Part shown: positions 37,315-46,767 of the stretch, one piece after another
Position numbering within the stretch: position 1 is the stretch's first letter
Layout: each line of letters opens with the position of its first letter
Assembly: GCA_963788655.1 (NCBI GenBank)
Contig: CAWBHS010000072.1
Coordinates: forward strand, 32,001-96,000
Reading direction: 5' to 3'
DNA from: an uncultured Verrucomicrobiae bacterium
Lineage (GTDB): Bacteria; Verrucomicrobiota; Verrucomicrobiia; Limisphaerales; JAFGQR01
Length of the DNA stretch: 64,000 nt
Position numbers and translations under genes: made by a program
The notes under the pieces: model-generated
The model's database searches: none
What the model was told of the DNA's origin: nothing
What the model saw: only the letters and a program-made list of their open reading frames with translations

Positions 37315-37425
37315 GCCTCTATGAAAGGACCAAAACCGTTCGAGGGCAAGCAAAGCCGTGGAGGGCAGGTCGTTCTTGGGAAAGACTGTCGGCCTGCGGT
37401 CGGCCAGGAGAAAGCCGGCAATCGG

Positions 37426-40261
37426 TCACTGTCGCTTCTCGCGTGCTTGGACGGATGGTTCGGGCGCGCGGTTCAAGAACTTGCGAACCTTTGGATAATG
37501 GACCAACAAAGACCTTTGGAAGTCATCGAATTGATCGAGTTGATCCACGATATCCGCCGACTCGTTCACGCGACGAAAAGAGGTCTTGGAACCGTGGTGG
37601 CTGATTTCATAAACCTCAGTTGAATCAGTACGAGGCGCGGAAGCACTTGGGTCCCGTTTTTCGAGCAGGTAGCGGGAGCCGCGAATGATGGCCCGGTCGG
37701 CATGCGAGTTCAAATAGACGGTCTTGTTTCGATTGGCTGCTTGGTCATACAGAGAAACGCCTTCGTAAAACTGTCCGGCGGGCAACGGCAGATTGAGCAA
37801 GTCAAGGACGGTCGGCAGCACATCGACTTGCGACCCCAAAACCTCGTTGAGCCGGTGGCCCGGGCGTCGAGGATCCAGGATGATCAACGGCACATTCGAC
37901 AGGACCGGCGACAAGTTCCAGCCATGGCCCAGCGTGCCGCCGTCCTCACCCACCATCTCGCCATGGTCATCGGTAATGACCACCAGGGTATGGTCGAGCA
38001 ACTTCAACTGCTGCAGCGTGTCCAGCATGCTGGTGATGATCCAATCCATGTACAAGAGCTGGTTCTTGTAGCGGCCGGTGTAATTGCCGTCGATTTCCCC
38101 CAGCCCGTTGTCGAACTTCTCGAACTCCTTGGACGGTGAGTCGTACGGCATGTGTGGCGCTGCCGGCAAATAGGTCAGGAAAAAACGTTCGTGTTTGGCG
38201 GCATGCCGGGTTAGTTGGCTTTGGATCGCCGCGAGCGTGGCGGTTTCGGATACGCCCCAGGAGACTGAACGATATTTTTCCTTGCCGGGCATGTTTTTGG
38301 CCTCGTAAATCGCGTCAAGGTGCCGGGGCCGAAGGTAATCGTCAAAGCGCTGATACCCCGTATGGCTGGAATAGAAGAGCGACACCTTACAACCGGCCTG
38401 GTGCAACACGTCGAACAAGGAGGGCGCTTCGAGCCAGGGACAAACGTACGTGGCATAATCAGCCGGCGCATAAAAGCCACTAAACACGGTAAAGCGGGCG
38501 TTGATCGAGCACGGCCAATTCGCGTAAAAGTTGGGGAACAATTCCATGCGATCCCGATACTTTCTTAAGCAGCGGTTGCGTTTCATCCGCGGCCCCAAAC
38601 AAGGACAAATACCGGTTGTAGGAAGACTCCATCAGGATGAGCAGCACATTAAGTTCGGCGGGCGCCCCGGTCGGCGGCTGGTGAACGCGGCGATCCGGAT
38701 TCCGCAAGCCCAGGCGAGCGGACACCTGGTCAAATTCTTGAGCGGTGTAGTTCCTGATTCGGGTGTTCTCCAGCCATGGACTCGACGCCAGAATATGGGC
38801 CACTCCCAATCCTTCGCCCTTATCAGTCTTGCTCAAGAGCGGGGTGGCCAGGGCCAGCAAGCCCAGCGCCAGAGCCCCATAAAGAGCCCCGCCCGGCGCC
38901 GGCATCGAATCGGAAACCGCCTTCCGCCGGGGCCAGTACTGCAACGCCCTCAGAAGTCCCGTGTAAAGCCCGATGATCAGAACCATGGCCGCGATTAATG
39001 GCCCCACCAAGGGCGCGATCGTTCGCCATAACAGCACGGGATCCGTATTCATTGCCAGGACATGCCAGTCGAGCCGGATACCCATCTTCCGGGTGACGTT
39101 CAAATCCACCAACGCGATCGCAAGCGCGCCGAGCGCCATCGCATTGAATCCCCACCGCGCGAGCCGGGGATGGCGGCGGTAAACGCGGGCGAATCCCAGC
39201 CACAGCCAGAGGACCATTACGGTTTCCTGCCAGAAGTAATGCGGCAGGGCCAGACTGTATGCCATCACATAAGTGTAGTTGCCGCCGCGCGGATAATTCC
39301 GGTTGGCCAACAGGAGGAAGACCATCATGTAAAACGGCAAGAAATGGCTCAAGCCCACGGAGGCGGGGCTCCGGCGGCCCAGGACATAAGCCAGCGCAGC
39401 CAGAGCGCCGATCAAGGCCAGGAAATTCACCAGATAGGGCTCGAGGTTCTGCAAGGCGACACCATTCCGGGCCAACAATCCCCAACCCAGGAGGATCATT
39501 GCTACGGGCAACAAACTCCACCCCCAGCCGAGCGGCCGGCGTCTCACAGACCAACTCAACAAGCCAGCCAGCCCGAGGCAATTGACCACCCGCAGAGCCA
39601 GGTTCAGCTCCATCAGATCCCGCAAATTGACCAGGAGGTAAAGGACACTTAAAACGCCGAGTCCATAGAGCGACCAATGTTCGCGTCCCCTGCGGGCACC
39701 GATCCAATACCACAAGCCGTAAGCGAAGAGATAGACGAACAAATAGGGACTTTCGAAAAAGAGATCCTGGGTCAGGTAATGCCCTACGTCAGCCCAGTCC
39801 AAGAATCCATCCATGACTGGATAAAGGTAGTTGGAATTGACCCGTTTGAAATTCAGCACCGCAAACAAAAGCGCGGCGAAGCCCAGTCCCAGGTTGGCCC
39901 CGCGAATCGTCCACGGGCGAGCGCCTGCCATTTGGCGTCCCAGAATGGTTACGGTCGCCAGCACCAAACCGGCGAAACACCCCAGGTTGAGCAAGTCGAT
40001 TGGCTCCGTTAGGTGGGGTAACAGGCGCCAATGCGTTTCATACAAATGGGAGGAAAGGTCCACCAATAACCAACCCTTGAGCGCCAACAACAGACTGAAC
40101 AAGACGATGGCCCGGACGGTAATCGGGCAGCTCTGGATCCGCAACCACAGGCGGGCAAGGAAGTCGGTGCCGGTCCCGAGTTGGCGTGTTCCTTTGGCCA
40201 AGTGGGCCAGCATACTCTTTAATTGGGTCATTCGTTCGACCGCCAGTGATGGTCTGGTCAC
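37426..40261 (-). CDS. LTA-synthase/sulfatase-superfamily membrane enzyme; apparent indel near 38565
   Basis: Multi-TM N-terminal half; LNVLLILMES, PHMPY, VITDDHGE, GHG, NVPLII, SQVDVLPT. Confidence 0.78.
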
Positions 40262-40541
40262 AACGGGCGTTTTAGCAGAACCTATGCCCCCCCTGCGGCA
40301 GATTGTTTTTGCCGGTCACCGTCATTCGCGAGGGTTGGCTGAGGCAAAACGTGCAATCGCCAAAGCGGGTCGCGGACATTCCTTTGTCTCATAATTGGAC
40401 AGCGTGTGTCTGCGAGTGAGCCCCTGGCTGCCGAACCGGAAGCGCCGGGTAAGGCGAGCCGACGTCGAACCGAGCTTGGAAGCGGCCTGTGGCCGGACTT
40501 TTTATCGTGTGAGTGCTGCAAAATGGTTTGCCAACTCACCT

Positions 40542-40557
40542 TGGCACCAACGCTGCT
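40542..40557 (+). promoter_or_regulatory. sigma54 promoter of the major pilin gene
   Basis: TGGCACCAACGCTGCT (GG-N10-GC), 110 nt upstream of the pilin ATG. Confidence 0.7.
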
Positions 40558-40667
40558 AAAAGCCCGATATGCGGCCGGTAAAAGGCAATGAGTGAACGAC
40601 CCGCAGCACAAATAAATAACCGCCTTTTACCTTCGTTCACACCGCAAGAGAGAAAGGTAAACGCAGT

Positions 40668-41019
40668 ATGAGAATAAACACCTCCCGCAAGGCCGGCTTC
40701 ACGCTGGTAGAAATCATGATCGTCGTGGCCATCATCGGCTTGTTGGCCGCCATCGCCATCCCCAACTTCGTCAAGGCGCGCACCGCCAGTCAGAAAAGCG
40801 CGTGCATCGCCAATTTGAAACAAATCGAAGGGGCCAAGGCGACCTGGGCATTGGAAGAAAAGAAGAGCAATACGGACACCCCGGGCGACAGCGCTCTGTT
40901 TGGTTCGACTTTGTATATTCGCACCAAACCCTCGTGCCCCGGCGGCGGCAGCTACACGATCGGCCAAGTGGACGCCAAGCCCACTCTGTTCGCTTTCGGA
41001 TCACGTTTTGCCCAACTAG
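40668..41019 (+). CDS. Type IV major pilin-like protein; a one-base insertion near 40986 masks the C-terminal Cys
   Basis: RKAG|FTLVEIMIVVAIIGLLAAIAIPNF. Removing one base gives ...CPGGGSY...PTCSLSDHVLPN* and restores a disulfide pair. Confidence 0.85.
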
Positions 41020-41050
41020 CCGAAGCTAAATCATAATCCTTTTGGATTCC

Positions 41051-41090
41051 AAGCAGGCTTGAGGAGTTCCTCAAGCCTGTTTTGCTTTGG
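41051..41090 (+). terminator. Intrinsic terminator of the pilin gene
   Basis: AGCAGGCTTGAGG-agtt-CCTCAAGCCTGTT followed by a T-rich tract. Confidence 0.75.
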
Positions 41091-41302
41091 TTGTTTGGTT
41101 TGGTTTGAATTGATTCCTTTTACGCCAGCGGTTCGGGAACCGTCGAACTCCTGGTGGCCACCCGGAGGTTCATTGGCAGGTTGGCTGACCACCGCCGGTG
41201 GATGACTTGGATCGGTCCCGTAGTCGGATTCTCTGCTCCGGAGCAGCATCGGCCACGTAATTGTGGCCGCAACGCAAGCCGCTCTTTTCAGCCGTCTTCT
41301 AA

Positions 41303-41574
41303 GAGCCTGTTTTAAGATTCGGCGTGGTCCTGTTTTCGCGGAAAAGGCCGGCTGGCGAGGCGCGACGAACGAGCATACCCGCAGCGGTCTGTAAGCGAGG
41401 AGCAACGAAGCCAGCCGGCCTTTTCCGCGAAAACCCGCAGGGCGGCGGGTCTTTTGAACGTGGGCTTCGTTGGCTCGATCCTTACAGCCCACTGCGGGGA
41501 TGCGCGGACCTCGTCGCCTCGCCCGCGTCCAAAATCCCTCGCCGCAGGACCTCGCCCAATTTTAAAACAGGCTC
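41303..41574. mobile_element. 272-bp non-autonomous MITE (IS5-like ends) with a TAA target duplication
   Basis: 30-bp terminal IRs matching at 27/30 (GAGCCTGTTTTAA...). TAA on both flanks (41300-41302 and 41575-41577). Internal perfect 25-bp IR at 41332-41356 and 41410-41434. Confidence 0.85.
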
Positions 41575-41768
41575 TAAGTAACGATTGTGTAGGGCAGGCG
41601 TCCCGCCGGTCCCGAACAAGTGCAAGCCAACAACTTGTATCACGGCACCGTGAGTCTTCCTAGGTCACCCAAGGGTGAGGATTCCTTGGGTTATCCGTGA
41701 CAGGCGAGACGCCTGTCCTACCATGCCGAACTGCCTCCTCGCCGCACCAGCCACTGAATGGATACGGC
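41575..41768 (-). mobile_element. 194-bp MITE/REPIN-like element, copy 3 (inverted, one end degenerate)
   Basis: Reverse complement of the 31794 element; abuts the 272-bp MITE. Confidence 0.8.
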
Positions 41769-41849
41769 TTAAGCCGGTCATCACCCCGGAAAATTGAGGG
41801 AATCTTAAAAAAATCTTGCTTCTGTTCGCCTTCCGCCTGCTAAATCGGA

Positions 41850-43277
41850 ATGACGATGCCGATAGAAAAAATCATTGTTCTCGAGGACGATCTGGTAGTT
41901 CGAAAGAATCTGGAGCAACAATTGCGTTATCGCCGCTATGACGTGGCGGCGGTGAACACGATTGCGGCGGCGCAGGAGCTTTTGACTAAGGACAATTTTG
42001 ACCTGATGATCGTGGACATTCGTCTGCCGGATGGTGACGGACGCGCGTTGCTCAAGCAATTGCAGTCCCGGCCGAGCAAACCCCTGGTCGTCATGATCTC
42101 CGGTTTTGGCACGGTGGACGTAGCCGTGGAGTGCATGAGCAACGGGGCCTTCACTTTCCTGACCAAGCCGTTTTCCCCCGAGCAACTCGCCGTCACCCTT
42201 AAGAAGGCGGAGGAACACACCCAACTGGTCAAGGTCAGCCATTTCCTGAGCCACGCGGAAGATGAGGAATCGGGCTATGAATTGCTGGGCAACAGCCAAC
42301 AGATCGAGACTTTGCGGCAATTAATCCGCAAAGTCGCCCGGACGCATGCCACCGTGTTGATCCAGGGCGAGAGCGGTACCGGCAAGGAATTGGTTGCCCG
42401 CGCCCTCTTTCGCGAAAGCCCCCGCGCCAATGCCCCGTTTATCAAGGTCAACTGTGCGGCGATTCCGGAAAACCTCATCGAAAGTGAATTCTTCGGTCAC
42501 GAAAAAGGGGCCTTTACCGGCGCGCTGACCAAACGCGAAGGCCGTTTTGAACTGGCGCACGGGGGGACCATTTTGCTGGACGAGATCAGTGAGATTTCCC
42601 CCACGGTGCAGGCCAAACTGTTGCGGGTGCTTCAGGAGCGGGAATTCGAGCGGGTCGGAGGCAATCGCACGATCAAAGTCAATGTGCGGGTCATTGCAAC
42701 GACCAACCGGCACTTGGCCGAGAGCGTCGAACGCAAGGAATTCCGGCAGGATCTGTTCTTCCGGTTGAATGTGGTGCCCATCTACATTTCCCCGTTGCGG
42801 GACCACAAACAGGACGTGGCGTTGCTGGCCGAACAATTTCGCGTCCGCTTCGCCCGCAAGCATGGCATCGAAGTCAAAGCGATTTCTGACGTTTGCATGA
42901 ATGCGCTGATGAACCATTCCTGGCCGGGCAACGTGCGGGAACTCCAGAACGTCATTGAACGGGGAGTGATCCTCTGTGGCGAGCGCGGTATCCTGGAACC
43001 AGTGCATCTGGGATTGGCGCAACGTCCCGATGCGGCGCAGGCCATGATCAGTCCGTCCGCGGCCGCAACAGTTCCGCCCTCGGCGAGCGCGGCCGGGGAT
43101 TTCTACACATTGAGCGAAGTGGAGAAGCAGCACATCCTGGCCGCCCTGGAACGCAGCAAAGGCAATCGGACCCACGCGGCCAAAATGCTCTCGATCAGCA
43201 TTCGGACCTTGCGAAACAAGCTCAACGAATACAACTTCAAACATTCGGAAGGCGCTTCCTCGCGCGACGCGGCTTAA
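41850..43277 (+). CDS. sigma54-dependent response regulator (REC-AAA+-Fis HTH; NtrC/AtoC/FlgR type)
   Basis: Receiver DIRLPDGDG, GESGTGKE, GAFTGA, LLDEI, WPGNVRELQN, GNRTHAA.ML.IS.RTL. Confidence 0.93.
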   Translation: MTMPIEKIIVLEDDLVVRKNLEQQLRYRRYDVAAVNTIAAAQELLTKDNFDLMIVDIRLPDGDGRALLKQLQSRPSKPLVVMISGFGTVDVAVECMSNGAFTFLTKPFSPEQLAVTLKKAEEHTQLVKVSHFLSHAEDEESGYELLGNSQQIETLRQLIRKVARTHATVLIQGESGTGKELVARALFRESPRANAPFIKVNCAAIPENLIESEFFGHEKGAFTGALTKREGRFELAHGGTILLDEISEISPTVQAKLLRVLQEREFERVGGNRTIKVNVRVIATTNRHLAESVERKEFRQDLFFRLNVVPIYISPLRDHKQDVALLAEQFRVRFARKHGIEVKAISDVCMNALMNHSWPGNVRELQNVIERGVILCGERGILEPVHLGLAQRPDAAQAMISPSAAATVPPSASAAGDFYTLSEVEKQHILAALERSKGNRTHAAKMLSISIRTLRNKLNEYNFKHSEGASSRDAA

Positions 43278-43504
43278 TCCGGGAAATCTATAAACGTTCC
43301 TGTGGGTCGAGGGCTACGCCGTGGTCAACGACTACTCGCTCGGGGAATGTGCTCCTGAGCCAGGTTGAGGATACTGGAGCACCCCTCCGCAGACGCCACG
43401 TCAGAGTAACCGCGTCGCTGCCGTTTTCACCTGCTGGTGCTTGAGCACACACCGGCTGTTTCCGGCCCTCTCACTCCGATCTTCGGCCGGCACGTATGAC
43501 GGCC

Positions 43505-43545
43505 CATCCGGCATCCGGCATCTGGTATCCGGCATCCGGCATCCC
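43505..43545. repeat. Heptamer tandem repeat (CATCCGG) x ~6
   Basis: catccgg catccgg catctgg tatccgg catccgg catccc; a degenerate copy lies at 60053-60085. Confidence 0.75.
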
Positions 43546-43804
43546 GCTCCCCCACTGTCCCGATCGGACACTCAAATCCATCGTTGTCCAAGCGTGCCAC
43601 ACGATGGAACCAGCACTGTCCTGCAAATGGATGTGCGAATCACGGTTTGTCTTGATTTAAGACATCAACACCTGGGCTTCTGTCGATGGTGATCTCGTTT
43701 AAGACAATATTAATAATTGAGTGTCGGGGCTGGGACACCGTTTTCGTTCAATACTCATGGGTTTTCGCCTCTGATTCCGTCCTATCCAAGCCAGGTCCGG
43801 TTGA

Positions 43805-43820
43805 TGGCAGACCAACTGCT
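43805..43820 (+). promoter_or_regulatory. sigma54 promoter of fliA
   Basis: TGGCAGACCAACTGCT (GG-N10-GC), about 220 nt upstream of the fliA ATG. Confidence 0.6.
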
Positions 43821-44037
43821 AAAAGAAGGCTGCGGTCGGAACATTCAAATCAAATGAAACGGAACCACCAGCATATTGCGCCCCAGGCCGAAAGGACTTC
43901 GAAACGGAACAGAATGGATGCCTGTTCCCGCTTCGTTCGCCAGGTGCGTGTTTGGTTCAATCCTGAGTTGGCAGAAATTGCTCCGCGCCGTTTAACCTCC
44001 CAGCCCTCGTTTAATTCCACTTACCCCCTGCATCCAC

Positions 44038-44859
44038 ATGATCTCTGATTCCCGCGTTAGTGTGCGTCGTCCCTCCACCCGGCCCAAAGCCGTCCGGAAA
44101 AACAATTCGTCCTGGCCGCGTCAGCGGCGCATCCGGCCCGGCAGTGCGATCGAAACCGAGTTGGTCGAAAAATACATCCCGCTCGTAAAGAGTGTCGTGG
44201 CCCGGCTGGCGATGGGCCTGCCGCCCCACGTGGACGGGGAGGATTTGTTCAGCGCCGGCCTTCACGGCTTGTTGAATGCCATCCGCAATTACAATCCCAC
44301 CGCCGGGACTTCGTTCGAAACGTACGCGCGCTTGCGCATTCGTGGCGCGGTCTTTGATGAACTGCGCCGCATGGATTGGGTACCGCGTTCGGTCCATTCC
44401 AAAGCCCGTAAGTTGCAGCAAGTCATGGCCGAACTCGAACAGCGCAAAGGCCGCGCGCCTACGGATGCGGAGATGGCCAAGGCACTGAACATTTCCGTTA
44501 AGGAATACGGCGACTGGCTCGAAGAAACGCGCCCGGCCACGTTTGTCTGCCTGGACGCCGCCTTCAACAGCGAGTACGATGACACGGTCAGTCAGCACGA
44601 AAGCCTGGCTGACCCCCGCCAGGAAAATCCGTTGGACGGCGCCTTTCGCCACGAGGTTTCCGAGTTAATCGCCGAACGCTTGAAGCAACTCCCCGAAATG
44701 CAACGCAAAGTTCTCGCGCTGTATTATTTTGAAGATCTGCGCCTGCGCGAAATTGCCGAAGCGTTCGGCCTGACCGAATCTCGGATTTGTCAGATCCATG
44801 CCCAGGCCATTCTTGCCATCAAAACGTACCTGCGCAAATTCGATCCCTGTTTCGCCTGA
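44038..44859 (+). CDS. fliA: RNA polymerase sigma factor, FliA/WhiG (sigma28) family
   Basis: LVEKYIPLV, EDL.SAG..GL, FETYA..RIRGA..DELR..DWVPRSV, L.ESRICQIH.QA. Confidence 0.92.
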   Translation: MISDSRVSVRRPSTRPKAVRKNNSSWPRQRRIRPGSAIETELVEKYIPLVKSVVARLAMGLPPHVDGEDLFSAGLHGLLNAIRNYNPTAGTSFETYARLRIRGAVFDELRRMDWVPRSVHSKARKLQQVMAELEQRKGRAPTDAEMAKALNISVKEYGDWLEETRPATFVCLDAAFNSEYDDTVSQHESLADPRQENPLDGAFRHEVSELIAERLKQLPEMQRKVLALYYFEDLRLREIAEAFGLTESRICQIHAQAILAIKTYLRKFDPCFA

Positions 44860-45252
44860 CGCCGCAGGTCTCATTGAGCGTTGCAACCCACTCTTAGGAT
44901 TTCTTTGGCACAGGAAGGAACCATGATTACCCGGCCCCCGAAACGATCGCTTCCGCTTGCGGCGTTACCGCGCGGACGTTCACGTCGGGAAGGCTTCGTG
45001 CTACCTCCCATCAATGCATGCTGGCCAAACCAAGCGCAGCGAACAATGCGATGGCGGGCATCCCATTCAGTTACCTCGCGCCGTTCGTGCCGCGGATGCT
45101 CCCCCTTGCTGCCACATCAACCCGGTCACGCTGCAACGGGTCAACCGGTTTGGTCGCGCGGCGGCCATGCGGAGTTCCATGGGCAAGGTCAAAATTGCTG
45201 GTCACCTGTCGTCATCGCAGCAAATCCCTGCGAAATTGGAACTTATCGTTGC

Positions 45253-45268
45253 TGGCACATCCATTGCT
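45253..45268 (+). promoter_or_regulatory. sigma54 promoter of flgN-csrA
   Basis: TGGCACATCCATTGCT, a perfect TGGCAC-N5-TTGC consensus, 59 nt before ATG 45328. Confidence 0.75.
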
Positions 45269-45327
45269 TAACCCAAGTGGCGGCGAGGCAATGGTTGCAG
45301 CCGCCGCCATCGAAGACCGAATTGGTT

Positions 45328-45825
45328 ATGATCGCCATCCTGCAGAAATTCATTGATGCGCTCCGGAACGAGTTACAGCAATACGGAGAGATGCTGGCCC
45401 TGTTGGACCAGCAACATGAAATGGTGATGCACCGCGGCGGCGAAGAGATCCAACAATCGGTCGCCGCCGTCAACGCCCATCGTTCCCTCATTCAAACCGC
45501 GCGCGAACAGCGCCACCAACTCCAGCGCCAATTGGCCGCCCGCCTGGACCAACCGGACACGGCGACCTTTGCGCAAATCATTCCCTTGTTGCCCCAGCAG
45601 TACCGTCCCTTGGTCAAAGCCTTGGTCCAGGAAAACAATGAACTGCTGCATCGGGTCGAACAACGCGCGCAGCAGAACCAGATGTTGTTGCAACATTCGC
45701 TGGAACTGATGCGCGAATTCGTGGCCAGTTTGGCCAACACCGATTCCGGCCGCTCGTCCCGGCCCATCGGCAATTCCTCGCTCTCTGATCAACCCGGTTC
45801 CCTCGTCCCTGATGCTCTCGCTTAA
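45328..45825 (+). CDS. flgN: FlgN-like export chaperone
   Basis: 165-aa helical protein L..ELQQY.EML.LL.QQ...L...V.Q....NQ.LL..SL, located between fliA and csrA. Confidence 0.65.
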   Translation: MIAILQKFIDALRNELQQYGEMLALLDQQHEMVMHRGGEEIQQSVAAVNAHRSLIQTAREQRHQLQRQLAARLDQPDTATFAQIIPLLPQQYRPLVKALVQENNELLHRVEQRAQQNQMLLQHSLELMREFVASLANTDSGRSSRPIGNSSLSDQPGSLVPDALA

Positions 45826-45844
45826 CCACGGAACCGAGATCAAC

Positions 45845-46120
45845 ATGCTAATCCTCTCACGTAAAATTAACGAAAGCATCGTCATCGATGGCAAGATCAT
45901 CATCAAGATCCTGCGCATTGAAAAAGACACCGTCAAACTGGGCATCCAGGCCCCGCCTGAAGTCAGCGTCCACCGTCAGGAAATTCAGGACCTGATCGAG
46001 CGCGGCCACCAAAATGGTGCCAAAGCCAATCACGCCCCCGCGTCCCGCGCGAACGCCGGCCCCAAAACGACAGAGTACGGAGTGCCCTCCTCGCGGGTCA
46101 CCCCCTCCGGTTCAGAATAG
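45845..46120 (+). CDS. csrA: Carbon storage regulator (RNA-binding translational regulator)
   Basis: MLILSRKINESIVID..I.IKIL......VKLGIQAP.EV.VHRQEI. Confidence 0.93.
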   Translation: MLILSRKINESIVIDGKIIIKILRIEKDTVKLGIQAPPEVSVHRQEIQDLIERGHQNGAKANHAPASRANAGPKTTEYGVPSSRVTPSGSE

Positions 46121-46488
46121 GCGGTGGAGGTTCGCCATTGGGTTTGGCAAGCGTCAGCGCTTTGATTGGCGAGCCTCCTTCCCGTCCACGCCCGATTTCA
46201 GGATTTGCCCGTTCAGCCTTTGGACGTTGGTGGCACGCGTCGCTTCCGTTCCATAAATGGTAACCACCTGACAATTGACTTGGCCAACGAGGGGAGGACA
46301 GTGAACGTGTCCTCCGGTTTTCCAAGCCGACCCAGTTCTCTGCTCCTTCAACTTCGCCACGCTTCAACGCTTCACTCCCTGCCGTCGTGGTTTGGCCACG
46401 GGGGGTATCCTGCCCCGCGACCACCGGCCCCGTAATTCCAGTTGACTCCATGCTGGACGGCCTCAGTAGTTTAAACTAGTTTCGGCGC

Positions 46489-46767
46489 GTGGCACATACC
46501 GCAAGAACCGGCGGGGCCTCCGGCACGGCCAAAGACCTGCCCTTTGAAGAGGCACTGCAGAAGCTCGAGTCCATTGTCGAAGCGATGGAAGCGGGCGATT
46601 TGCCGCTGGAGCAATTACTGTCCCGATTTGAGGACGGAACCCGGTTGATCCGGCTCTGCCAAACCAAACTGGAAGAAGCGGAATTGAAAATTCAAAAACT
46701 TGAGAAAAACGCGGCGGGCGGGATGGAAATCAAACCGTTGGTTGCCAATCCGGAGGAAGAAGTATGA
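46489..46767 (+). CDS. xseB: Exodeoxyribonuclease VII small subunit
   Basis: FEEAL.KLE.IV..ME.GDLPLE.....FE.G..L...C...L..AE.KI; upstream of dxs. Confidence 0.9.
   Translation: MAHTARTGGASGTAKDLPFEEALQKLESIVEAMEAGDLPLEQLLSRFEDGTRLIRLCQTKLEEAELKIQKLEKNAAGGMEIKPLVANPEEEV

Noticed and set aside
43969..43982. Second sigma54 promoter TGGCAGAAATTGC close to fliA
   Set aside because: GG-to-GC spacing is 8 nt, not the required 10.
43854..44048. Leader ORF as a remnant of the flhG C-terminus (FVRQVRVWF resembles an amphipathic membrane-targeting helix)
   Set aside because: The position before fliA fits, but the similarity is too short to support without an alignment.
44881..45327. N-terminal extension of the FlgN ORF to 314 aa
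   Set aside because: A consensus sigma54 promoter lies inside this stretch and its translation looks non-coding. ATG 45328 gives a normal FlgN length.
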